From NCBI GenBank assembly GCA_028023455.1, contig JAQFVV010000005.1, positions 11,098,001 to 11,162,000 on the forward strand: a DNA stretch of 64,000 bases. The letters are read 5' to 3'. The notes beneath the pieces were generated by a model. That model ran no database searches, was not told the DNA's origin, and was given only the letters and a program-made list of their open reading frames with translations. The position numbers and the translations under genes were made by a program. Below are positions 26,321 through 38,549 of this stretch, one piece after another (position 1 is the stretch's first letter; each line of letters starts with the position of its first letter). Source of the stretch: Epiperipatus broadwayi. Its lineage: Eukaryota > Animalia > Onychophora.

Positions 26321-26360
26321 ACCAATGTTTTGACTTGATCACGCAAGTCATCTACTGTGT
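26321..26360 (-). ncRNA. Degenerate pLTR hammerhead motif
   Basis: CAGUAGA-UGACUUG-CGUGAU-CAAGUC-AAAAC-AUUGG, consistent with ancestral CUGAAGA...GUCGAAACGUU. Confidence 0.6.
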
Positions 26361-26448
26361 GATAAAAGGTAAAAAGATGGTTATAGGGGCACTACAATTA
26401 CTGATTTGAAAAAAATGTTAAAGTTCCACCAATAGCAAAAATGTTAAA

Positions 26449-27060
26449 TTAAAAATGTTTTTTAAAAAAATCTTTCCAAATAGTAGGAAGTTTGCATGTA
26501 TCATCTCGCTTATTGATATAATCTGGCCTTTTAACTATCTCAGTGGCTTCTTTGATTTTACACTGGTAGAGATTATATGTGGATATGATCCTGGTACTAG
26601 AAAAATCAATTTTATGACCTGAATCTGTAGTATGGAGTGAGAATGTTGATGATGATGTGTTGTTTAACTGCATTAACATGTTCATCTATCCTAACACTGA
26701 TGTGACGATTACTCATACTTATGTAAGAAGCTTTACAATTCTCACACGAGATTTCATAAACACCATGAGATTCAAAAGAAATTGAATCCTTAGGCTTGGT
26801 TATTATATTGATCTTTTGATGAGTAGAAAATGCTGTATTTATATTATAGCATTTTAATATATGTCCAATACTGTCTGTAGTTCCTTTTACATATGGAACA
26901 CAAATCCTAATAGCTGATTTATCTTCTTTTTCTTTCCTATTTTGTCCATTTTGGGCTTGAAATAACGCTTTTTTAATAAATTTATTATTATAACTATTTG
27001 CTAATAAAACTATTAATATGATTTATTTCTTCTTTCAGATGTAAGGTTAATTGCTCTATT
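26449..27060 (-). pseudogene. Penelope linker plus GIY-YIG endonuclease (frameshifted)
   Basis: CVPYVKGTTDSIGHILKCYNINTAF...HGVYEISCENCKASYISMSNRHISVRIDEH, a frameshift near 26660, then HTTDSGHKIDFSSTRII...KEATEIVKRPDYINKRDDTCKLPTIWK. Confidence 0.9.
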
Positions 27061-28475
27061 TAAAAGAGTTTTGGCTACAGAAACTATATATATATATATA
27101 TATTGTAATTAATGGGCAATGGTAAAATAAATATTAATTTTATTAAATAAAAAGCTTTCTTACATTAATAGCATGCATGTTCGAAAGATCTAAGAATACA
27201 GAGATTGTAAGGGAAATCAAGAGTGAGAATGTTTGTTGTGCTTAGTGAATAAAATGAATATGACAATCACAAAGTTAATAATTGAAACTAAGTACAATGG
27301 ACAATCATTGTAAGAATTAGTTGACAATAATTTTGTAGCGAGTTTTAATTTACTATAGTGAAATAATGATTTTACATTGGTATCTGTCATCTACATCAGA
27401 CAAATATTTTAAAATCATTAAATATTTCACCATTTTCTTTACAAATATGGTCCATTAATATATACAAATCTTATTTTATTTTTTATGAACTATTTCTTGT
27501 TTCAGTTTCCCTCTGACATTTCAACCATATTATATAGTCATTGTCAAGGATTGATTATTCCTAAAATATATACATATACACACACACAAATATATGCTTA
27601 CAAAAAATTTCCAAAAACAATGTAATAAAAAATATTTTGTTACATAAATTATAATTGGTTAATTTAACTTCTTGTTTACTTTCATATGTGTCTACACCCT
27701 TTTAGATTAAAATGTTTTTTAATTTACATTTTTATATAAAAATAACCTTTATTATAATAACACTTCTATAATTACACTAATTTCATAAAATTTTCTATTC
27801 AAAACTGGTTTTCTCATTTAATGTATAATCTTTCTTTGAGCGGGATGTTACAATGAAAGATTAATTAAAGAAAGTTTGTATATAAAAATGAGAAAACCAG
27901 TTTTAAATAAAGGAGTATGGAATCTGGGATAATTATAGAAATGTGAATAAAATAATTGAAGGTTAATTTTATATAACAATGTAAATGAAAAAAAAAAAAA
28001 ATTTAAAAGGATGTAGATACATATGAAAGTAAGCAAGAAGTAAATTTAAAAAAAACAACGTAATTTATGTGATAGTTTTTATGTTGTTGTTTTTTGGAAA
28101 TTCTTTGTAAACATATATTAGTATATCATAGAAATAATAATTTCTTGACATTGGCCACATAGTATGGTCAAAACATTGGAGAAAAACAGATAAAAAATGG
28201 TTTATAAAAGAACAAGATATGGAAAGAAAGAGGTGTGTTAAGAAATTTTTTAAACTAGTTATTTTAATTTTTTTTTTCTGTAAGAAATCTCATATTAAAC
28301 AAATTAGAGCACACACACATATATAAAAGTAAATAAGATTGTCATACATCATGTGACTCAACTTGATAAGCTTGCATTTTATAAAATAAAATAATGAGCA
28401 TGTTAATAGCTCTAAACAAGCATTATTGATAAATGCCACAAGAGAAAGCATTTAAAAATCTCTATCTAGAAATAT

Positions 28476-28523
28476 CCCCATCCCGGAACCGTTTTAACGT
28501 TATTGGTTATCCTCAGTGAGGCA
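28476..28523 (-). ncRNA. FB-B hammerhead motif L
   Basis: GCCUCA-CUGAGGA-UAACCAAUAACGUU-AAAAC-GGUUC; core heptamer intact, G12A. Confidence 0.55.
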
Positions 28524-28634
28524 CAAGAATATTTCAGACACTAGATCTAAAATATTAACTCAAAACCAGCACTTAAGTATCAGATGATGGCTTCGAGTTG
28601 GTATTTTACATCTAGTGTCTGACATATCCTAGCA

Positions 28635-28676
28635 TTTCGCTGAAAATAGCCAATAGCTTGAAACCAGTTTGGGGAT
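28635..28676 (+). ncRNA. FB-B hammerhead motif R
   Basis: CUGAAAA-UAGCCAAUAGCUU-GAAA-CCAGUU-UGGGGA; G8A. Confidence 0.55.
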
Positions 28677-29020
28677 GTTTCTAGATAGATTTTTGTGGCA
28701 TTTATCAATAAGGCTTGGTTAGAGTTATTAGCACTCGATTATTTTATTTTATAAAATATGAACTTGTCATGTTAAGTCACGTGATGCATGACCTGATTTT
28801 ATTTACTATTATACTTTTGCTTTTAAGTCTTAAACTATGTTATATTGCTAAGATTATTAATATATGGTGTGGCTGAAGAGTTTTCAGACCCAAGTTAGAT
28901 AGCTGGATTTGAAGATATATAGGTGTCTGAAAATTTCAGATTTTCTACTTAATAGTTAAGTATCAGATAAGTGCTGACTTTGCATTGGTATTTTAGATCT
29001 AGTATATGAAATATTCTAGT

Positions 29021-29062
29021 GCCTCACTGAGAATAGCCAATAACTTGAAACCAGTTTGGGGG
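29021..29062 (+). ncRNA. FB-B hammerhead motif R'
   Basis: GCCUCA-CUGAGAA-UAGCCAAUAACUU-GAAA-CCAGUU-UGGGGG; G8A. Confidence 0.55.
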
Positions 29063-29814
29063 TGGGGATGTTTCTAGATAGAGATTTTTAAATGCTTTCT
29101 CTTGCAGCATTTATCAATAAAGCTTGGTTAGAGCTATTAGAATGCTCATTATTTTATATATATATAACCATAGATATTTTGCACTATTTGAATGGATCAT
29201 CCTAAGCAATAATTAGAAATAATAAAACTATTTAAACTAGCATACATATGAGGCAGGAACAAATCACCTAATACAAATATTTATATCAGAATTTAGAGAT
29301 TATTAAAAATGATGTTTATTTATATAGTGAAGCAATCAGCAAACTGCAGCTTGTGAGTTATAGGCAGCTCTTTGATGCCAATCTCAATACTCTTTTTATC
29401 ATGATAAACATATTTTCTTACTTCCTCTTGTAATTTGCAAATAAATATTTTAATGATTCTAGGGGAGAAAAAATGTACTGTACATTGGTTCTTGAATTCA
29501 GCTTTATTGCAGAATAGTAATTATTGTATTTCAGGAATGTTTAAATATTAAAAATTTGTGAATAAATCAATCTGTCAAAGCAATATTTTGTTTTAGTTTA
29601 TTTTTAAGAGAATTTATTTTTTTAAGATGTATAGATTCTAATATGAAAATGAATATTCAAATATATCCACAGCTTATTCAGAAGTTTATATTTTTCATGT
29701 CTATTCTTGTGACTCTTTTATGGGGAAGGGGGTTATTTAAACAAAATATCTCATCAAGTTTGTCAAATCCTGATATAGTGAATAATTGTATTTCTAATTT
29801 CCGTATTTCACAAT

Positions 29815-29971
29815 ATTAAAACAGACAAAACTCTCCTTATAGTAATGCCATTCTGCAAGCCAGAGTGATCAATGGATGCTAGAAAGCTTGTGCATAAAAT
29901 CCCCATATAGTGCCTACTCATTCAATAAAAGTTATAAGCAAGCATAAGAAATGGTGATCATGTGATGTTTA
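29815..29971. repeat. Internally deleted FB-A foldback
   Basis: Left-arm sequence is joined to the right terminus AAATGGTGATCATGTGATGTTTA. Confidence 0.7.
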
Positions 29972-30396
29972 TATTTCACAATATGTAAAAGATAAGCAGT
30001 TTAGAAGTTTGATAAATTATTTCTTTATGTTGTGATTTTTTTTCATATATATATATATTGTACCATTTATAAATATATATTTGGCATTGTGTAATATTTA
30101 AAAAAAAAAAACCTTCAAAGACAGTAAAATGCAAAGATCGTTTAGAAGACAATATTTAATTTTTTTTAGTATAATTTTTTTTTTTTTTAAAAAAAGTACA
30201 ATGAAAGTTAATCTTTGTCTTACTTATCTATGTAATTTAATCAAAATAATGTTGATATTGAAAAGTACATACAGATTAATTAATCCAGATAGCGAAAAGA
30301 AATTCCAAACATAAAACATTATGATCAGAAACACCTTTCTAATGCTAATTAAAGATGGCAGAAATAAAGTTTATTTTTTTTATGGATTATGTCAAA

Positions 30397-30468
30397 TGCG
30401 TTGACCGGGAAGCGAACCCGGACCATCTGCTTGGAAGGCAGCTATGCTAACCTCTAGGCCATGTAGCT
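30397..30468 (-). pseudogene. tRNA-Gly(TCC) pseudogene or SINE head
   Basis: AGCTACATGGCCTAGAGGTTAGCATAGCTGCCTTCCAAGCAGATGGTCCGGGTTCGCTTCCCGGTCAACGCA. The anticodon arm is intact, but the acceptor-stem 5' strand does not pair and the B-box has A>C. Confidence 0.7.
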
Positions 30469-32385
30469 GAAAAAAAAAGAAATAATGTGGAAGATTATAG
30501 AATAAAGCAAAAGATAAAGAAAATATGTACAGGACTTCTCAAAAATGATCTGGAGTATAAAAGGAGCGGACAAGTTGGGAAGGAGTTTTTTTTCACCTGT
30601 GTTTTGGGCCAGATCGTTCGCTGACACCTTCTCTGGGAAAAAGTCACCTTGCCTCAATAAGGATCAAAGATATGGAAGAAATAAAACCATAAAAAACTAT
30701 TGCAGACTATCCATCGAAAGGAACCAGACTACTAAGAAGATCAATCACCTACATAAGCACTTGAAACTTACCACTAAGTTAATGGCCATAGCTTCTATCA
30801 ATATAAAAGATTTGCGAACTGAATTTGAAATAATAAACTGTTACCGTAGACAAAAAGAAAAGACATTAATTATCTAATACTTCAAAGTGAGATATTTTAA
30901 TTCAAATGGTTAAAATAATTACCTCAGTATGCGTGTGTTTCTTTCCAATATTATTTTAGGTGTTTAAATGTTTAATGTGTTGTGTAATAAATCTTTACTA
31001 CTGATATAAAAAAAACTTTCACTGTATGTGCCTAATTTTTAGTTAGTTATGTTGTTGATTTTGAGTGCTAGATTTTTATTATTTAGTTTTAGAGTAGTGT
31101 ATAAATTACCTTACCAATATTCTTATTTCTTAATTAAGTCCAGGAGAAATATTTTCTTAAAATAAATTGATGAAAAATCTTAATACCGATCTTGTAATTA
31201 TTACTTTATAAGTTACGATGTGCTTCACGCAGAATCAGTGAGTCTAATGACTTTGGCGCCCTCTTTTATAAATTAAAAACTGATTGTGCCAGCAATTGAA
31301 ATCATAATAATTCTTAGATCGAGGTAATCAGGAAATATAGCTATGTTTTTTAGAAATATGAGCAAAATATTTTTCTTCTTCATAGCTTGATTAACTCACG
31401 CATTCTAGTGCATAATAGAACAGAACCGCGAAAATGTTACAATATATATATGCTTGGCATGCAGGAAATTAGTAATACGAGTTAAAAAATTGTTTTGCAA
31501 TAAACAGTATTACTATAACTGGCCTACATAATACCAATAATTTTGAGATTTACTGTACATTTTATTCTACCAGTAAAATAAAAATAATTATTAATATCAT
31601 TGATTAGTAATGACCATACATAAAATTTTGTTAAGTTTAAATAACAAATTATTTATTTATATAGCACTGTTTTTAACTTGTAACAATCATTAGGGAATCA
31701 CTCCTCTATACATATGCTGTATAGATTTAAACACTTCAATATTACATCTAATACTGACATGCAATAAATTGTAAAAATTTTGCAAATATCAATCATTAAA
31801 ATTATAGTAAATGAAATTAAAAATGATTGAGATCTTCATGTTTTCATTTCTAAATCCTTAAAATTGCCTATGCATATATGCTTAGATTAAAAAGTTAAGG
31901 GGAATTCATCTTACCTTTTCAAAGACTATCTTGTGTTTAGACAGGAAATACTCCTGAAGTGTTTAAATCTATACAGGGTATGTGTAGTGGAGTGATTCCC
32001 CAATGATTGTTAAATTTAAATAATGATTTTTAGTTGATGGTACTGTACTCTGCAAAGTTTATAAAATGTTATGAGTACAATTGTGAATATTTAATAAAAT
32101 ATTAACTGAAAATATATTTTTGAAAATGCTATACATCTTTTTATCTATCAAATACAATAATACTGAAATTTTTTTTTTTTCAATTGCAAAATTCTATCAC
32201 ATTGTAACCAGAAATTACAAAACTGGCTTCTCTTTCCCATTTAAATAATGATCTTACATTACAAATTCTAAAAATAACCTTTTGTACAATAATATCATGA
32301 ATACTCAGTTATTTTTTTGTTATTAACAATAGTAGCACCGTAAATTTTTTTCATAACAAATTCACCAAAATCGTATACTATTTAC

Positions 32386-33550
32386 TTAAGACAATTGTAT
32401 GAGGATTTCAATAATGTCATGGTCAATAAAATGACTTGTTTCATGAATTTCCAAAACACGTTTGTTAATAGTTTTGTAATCACACAAATGACAACTAAAT
32501 ATCCCTTTGGAATGTTCTTTTTCTTGTTTATCAAAATTTAACTTTCGAAGAGTTTGTGATATGAATATTTTTAGATGTGTTTTCTTTTGTATGAATGTAT
32601 TCATGTTTTTTTAAATGACTTTCTGTAATAGCTTTATAATCACATAAGATACATTGGAAAGGCTGTTCTTCTGTATATATTCTTTCATGTTTTTTAAAAG
32701 AACATTTGTGTGCAGCCTTATATTTACATAAGCTGCAAGGAAAAGGTTTTTCATTGGTGTGACTTCGTACATGTATTGTTAAAGTATTTTTCTGAGCAGT
32801 TTTAAAATCACAAAAATTGCACTGAAAAGGCTTTTTCCCTGAATGAGTTTTTTGATGTCTTTTTAAATGGCTTTTTGTCACACTACTGTAGTCACATAAT
32901 GTTCATTGGAATGGTTTTTCTCCTGTATGAATTCTTACATGTACATCGAGGTGAACTTTTAAAGCAGCTTTATATTCATATAGTGTGCATTGAAAAAGTT
33001 TTTCTCCTATATGACTTCATCTATGTATTGTTAAATTATTTTTCTGAACCGTTTTAAAATCACAAAAATTGCACTGAAAAGGCTTTCCCCCTGTATGAGT
33101 TTTTTGATGTCTTGTTAAATGGCTTTTTGTCACACTCCTGTAGTCACATAATGTACATTGGAATTGTTTTTCTCCTCTATGAATTCTTTCATGTACTTTG
33201 AGGTTAACTTTTTTAGCAGTCTTGAAATCACATAATTTACACTGAAAAGGTTTTTCACTGGTATGAGTTTTCTCATGGTTCTTTAATTGTTGTTCTCTGG
33301 TGACAGTTTTATATTCACATAGTGAGCATTGAAAAAATTTTTCTCCTGTATGAATTATTTCATGGATTTTTATATTTCTTTTTGTAGGCTTTACTCCTGT
33401 AGGATTTTTTTCATGCATTATTAAATTACTTTTCTGTGAACTCTTAAAATTACACATATTGCACTGAAAAGGCTTTCACCTGTATGACTTCTTTCATGTA
33501 TCTTTATAAGATTTTTCTGTATAGCTTTATAGTTATATAATAGCATGAGC
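32386..33550 (-). pseudogene. Tandem C2H2 zinc-finger gene remnant (~13 fingers)
   Basis: Repeated HTGEKPFQC-x2-C-x12-H-x3-H units. In-frame TGA at 33017-33019 and 32903-32905, frameshifts near 33475 and ~32600, Cys/His ligand losses and one finger with its CxxC deleted. Confidence 0.9.
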
Positions 33551-33619
33551 TATTTTAGGCATTTTAAGATACTTTTTAAAGAGATCTTGTAACAATACAA
33601 ATTAAATTTAAAAAAAGAT

Positions 33620-33821
33620 TTTAACACTAATACATCTCAATAATGTATCAGGCATGTCCTGAAATCACAAAAGTGACTAGTCATATTTTCCAAATAAAAT
33701 TTATATAGAGAGAGCTTATCTTTAACACTAATACATCTCAATAATGTATCAGGCATGTCCTGAAATCACAAAAGTGACTAGTCATATTTTCCAAATAAAA
33801 TTTATATAGAGAGAGCTTATC
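33620..33821. repeat. Perfect 101-bp tandem duplication
   Basis: 33620-33720 is identical by eye to 33721-33821. Confidence 0.9.
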
Positions 33822-36800
33822 TTTCTTCATAAAACTTAATATAAATTATATCTTTTTAAAATTTTATTGTGAATTAATATAAATTGCATTCAATTAAACC
33901 TTTAAGTCTGTATAAATTCTTATAATTTTTATGCTTCCTATTTATATATATACATTGAATAACTGCATAATATGAATTGTTTTACTTCATCAAATTATTC
34001 ATTTCATTAATTAATTTCAAATAATAATGATCCTCAATATTTTATTATTATTAAACTATAATATTTTTGTAAGTTATTTTAGTTTTTAAAGAAAATGTGA
34101 ATTTTTTTAATCAATTTGATCCATAAATTCATTGAATCTGTAAAATTTTCTCAGATTTAAAACTAATATTACATCAAAATTTTAAAAACAAATAAGAGGA
34201 TCAAGCAATATTCAAAACACAAAGTAATAAGTTGAATACAATAGTTCTGTTTAATTGACCAAATTGAAACTTGTTATTTACTTTCTCAACTAAGAATTAG
34301 TCCTGAAATTTTAAATTCTTGAATTTGTGATTCTCATGACTGTATTAAACAATACTGGATATTTGTTAATATTTAAAAAATAATAAAGCAAGTTATTAAC
34401 TAGTAAACATATTTCTTCATATTATCATTAAGAAGAAGAATGATATTAATAATTTGAATGAATAATCTCTATATAAATAATTATCACTGGAAAGCAATCA
34501 TTTTATCATTGTGATATTTTTACTATCATTCATCAAAAAATTGTATTTATCTTATCACCTTCTTTCACAAAATCATAACAAGTGTATAATTAAGAATTAT
34601 TTTTTTAAGATGTATTATTAATGGTAATAAGAAATTAATAATTAATCACAATAATGAACACACAATCTGAAAGAAGCAAGTCACACTTTAAGCAATAGCT
34701 TCAAGTTAATTGTTATAATACAATTACCCAAGAATGGCTCACTAATTCATTAGTTTTTATCAGGAATACAATCACAAGTAAATTAGTGCTGCAAAACTGA
34801 AGTTTTCTGATGACAGTTGTTATTAATCTAAATAAAAGAAAAATAAATATATATGAGAACATTAAGATACTAATTGTGAAGATTTTCTTTTTATGAAGAA
34901 GTAAATATCTATTTAAATGATTCTAAATAATAAAGGGCTATGTTAAAAAAAAATATTTTGAGAAATTTCAGAAATTATTTAAATCACAAACATGTTAAAA
35001 TCTAAAAAAAAATGTTAAGGAAAAAATTTATAAATACATACAAACTCATATATAAATGACAAAAAATAACTTAAAACAGGTAATAATGTATAAAAAATTG
35101 AATAAAAAAAATCTCTAAATAAGAAGAAAAATAACATATCTAATATTTTACCCAATTCACTTGAGAGATAAGCACAGCTATTCAATAAATATCCTTGTGA
35201 ACTACATAACTATTTACTCTAGATATTGAAAGAAATGTGTTTGTTTTTCAAGAAATGCAGAGTTGGGTGACAAGTTTTCTTTAATATCTTTTCACTTTTA
35301 CATATACACACAGCTATCACAAATAACTGCTAAATAAATAATAAACATGAATTTTAAAAAAATACTTACAGTGCATTTCAAAATCTTTTTTCAGTTCTTT
35401 GTAATTACTCTAATAATTAGTTTTCTTTTCTTTTTCTATTTCACATTGACCATTATAACATAACATTGAATTGTTTTAAAATCGCAGTTTTACATTTTAT
35501 TAAATTTCTTTATTCAAAATACTGAAGAGAAAAACTATAAGTAGTTTGTATATTTATCCAGTACAAGTCATTTTAGAGTATCTTTTTTGAAAAATCTGAT
35601 CTAAGCAGTCCAAAATGTTTTTTTTTCTTTCATTTTTGGTTAAACTGAATTACTTTTTGATAATGTGTGCAAATGGTGAGAGTACATGGAACAATATTTA
35701 AATAAGTGTAACTAGTTTCATATTTCTTATCTATATTCAACAGAATGTGCAAAAGCAAATTCTTGGATAAGAGAACATAGCTAGATAAAAAGAGACTTGC
35801 CAACTATATAACTTTCATTATATATGATTAAATAAGTTACTAGTTAATATATTCTGATTTGATTGTAAACATTGGTCTCATATATAAGTAGTCTTAAAGA
35901 GATAGAAAAGACAAATATACAGTGTATTTATGTCTATATAAATTTTGAAAAATTGATTTGTAGATGTATGTGATGTAGACTGTGAAAATAAAAAGCCGAA
36001 TTATGCAGAAAACAATTACATTTTTACAGAGTATATAACTGTTTCAGGGAGTTTGAATAAGAGAGACTAGGTAAATTTAAATAGTAACAAGACTAACTTA
36101 CATATTTAAAAATAAAAAATGAAGTTTTATTTTGAAAGAATATTAAAATTAGAAATAATCAAACAATTAAAATGTTTTCTTTTAAAAATTAAGATATTTT
36201 TGACTATTAATTTAAAAGTGATTAAATCAATTTTTACTATAGGTGTTTTTTGTTAATTTTCATTAATTTACTCGAAAACAAAATGGGTTGATCGCATTCT
36301 TTTGAACTTTACTATTGGTTACCTGGAGTGTTTGTCATAAACATTCTTTAAGGATTTACATTAATGAAAACTATAATACTCGGAAAATGACAATAGATCC
36401 AGCAGTAGTAAAAACATTATAATAAAAAAAAGAAGTGCCTAATTTACAATATTGCATTAAGTTTTTAGACTGTCATAAAAAGAAACAAACAACAACAATT
36501 TATAAACTCATCTGTCACCAAAGTAGAAGAGTAATAAAAGTTTATCTCCATGATATAGAATAGTACATTCTGTGCAAAACTCAATGAGCATAAACTATAG
36601 TCAGCCCTATCAATAAATGGATAATATTAAATGAAAACCAAATTGAACTGTTGCCATTTTACTTCTTAAACCTAATAATAGATGCTTCTAAAACATCAAA
36701 TTTCCTATCAATATGACTGGAATCAGACATTTTATGCAACTATCATTTTAATCTTAATGTATATGATCTGAAAAACAATCTGCAGCTACAATTGTTAGTG

Positions 36801-38549
36801 AAATAGTGACTTTTATATTTTTATTCTCAACAATAAAATAATGTATATACAAACTATGCTTGAGCATAAATACATACAAGTTCTTTTAGAGAAAATTTTT
36901 TCTTATACAAATTATTTGTGATATTCAATAAAACAAATCTATAGAGTTCATAGAGCCAATACCACTACTTCTAATAATTTTAGGCTATATTCTAGTGTTT
37001 CTATCAGTATTTATATTATAATGATACAATATCCTATTACAAATATCCTTTCTATGAATATAATAGTGAAGCATTCATTTTTCATTGATAACAAAAATTA
37101 AAATATTAAGTTTGATTTTGCATGGAATCAATGCCATATCCCCTTTGAGTCAATGATCAATCCTTCCACAAAATAATGTTGCCATTTATCTGTGCTATCA
37201 AACTTCCTTACTTTAGGACATAAATTTCACTAGAGACAGGAAGTTATATAAATCTTAAACCTTGACAACTTCTTAGCAACAAACATTTTCCTTTGTTTGG
37301 ATCTTGAAGAATTCCCATCAAACAAAATTCACACTTTTTATGTGATTATATTTTTAAAAAGTGATATATTTCATTAATATTATTATCATGTATTTTCCAA
37401 TCTGCTGCACATGGCAGTCCAGCCTGATATTGCAAAACAGTTCACTTTTAGACACACTTTCCTAAATCTTTCAACAAACATGAGAGACAAAAGTATCCTA
37501 ATTCTTTCCAATCATATCTTATGCTCAGTGAAGCTCGAGTCCCACCAAATCTAGTATTGCAATGACTGATTACTGATTGAACTGCCTCATGTGTGACAAT
37601 GAATGAGAACTCCCAATTTAAAACCTTTTCCATTGTCATTGTTTTTTCAACAGTGAAGGCATTGCTTATTTACTTAATTATATATGCAGACATATAAAAC
37701 AAAGTGAATTAAGCACCCCTGTATAAAAATAAAAACCTTGCATAAATTCATGATTTCATTGTCACATTAGATTCAAAATTACAACCACATAGCAATTCAA
37801 GACAATTCAACAGAAAAGTAAATGAAAATAGAGTTTTGATGAACAAAGAACAGAAAAAAAGAGAAAAGAAAATACAGTTTAAAATAGAAACAGAACTGAT
37901 AATTTCATAAGCAATCAAGTTATGACACAGCTGGAACTACTCTTGGTAAATCATTTCTTATTGGTTATTCATATTTAACCCTCACATCTGAAGGTCATAC
38001 CACAAATATTCAATATGTGATATCAATTGTAGCCTCAATTCAACATCTAATATATTCATTTTTTCCCAGAAATATCATTTGCAATGGAAAATTTAGATTC
38101 AAAACCTTCTATATCATTAATTAAATTAAGGCTAAGGAATAAGAATTTGCCAATGATATAAAATATTTTTTGTAAAATTTTCAATAATGAATAAAGAATA
38201 TAGAAGAATATCTAATACATCTAAGTATTTTATTAATAATGACAATGCTAAGTGTTGGTACTTGCAAAGTGACTGATGCTGAGATTATATGTGAATAAGC
38301 AAAAAGAATAATAGTACAAGAGCATTTAATTTGAGACATCATATAATACAGAGACATTTGGAAGTGCTTAAATGAAACTATGTACATGCTAAAATCTTTT
38401 GATAGTTATACTCTTTTATCATCACAGCATCAAGTAAGTTAAACAAATCTTATAAAATATTTGATTAAGCAAACATTCTTTTCTTCATATCAGGTCAGTT
38501 GAAGAATAACTATTGAGTTAGTGGTAAATAATTATTTTTTCTGCCAATC

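Larger units (their letters stand above)
26270..27084 (-). mobile_element. 5'-truncated Penelope-like element between (TA)n tracts
   Basis: Contains GIY-YIG coding sequence and a pLTR with a hammerhead remnant. (TA)n tracts at 26252-26269 and 27085-27102. Confidence 0.85.
28328..29156. mobile_element. FB-B locus: inverted arm plus two tandem arms, each with a hammerhead motif
   Basis: L 28328-28574 (-), R 28573-28807 (+), spacer, R' 28956-29156 (+). No ORF. Confidence 0.8.

Noticed and set aside
28874-28938. CTGAAGA followed by a hairpin in the FB-B spacer
   Set aside because: The CTGAA is part of a simple inverted repeat (CTGAA...TTCAG), with no correctly placed GAAA/UH.
30545-30877. 110-aa ORF with MAIASINIKDLR resembling a LINE endonuclease start
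   Set aside because: The similarity is limited to one short motif and the ORF ends soon after.
32903-32905. In-frame UGA replacing a zinc-ligand Cys (possible selenocysteine)
   Set aside because: The same array has a second UGA at a non-Cys position, frameshifts and other ligand losses, and I see no SECIS. Ordinary decay is the simpler explanation.
37100-37640. Integrase zinc-binding-like ORF (SHCNTRFGGTR...RYDW)
   Set aside because: The His/Cys spacing is not preserved and there is no DDE region; too weak to call.
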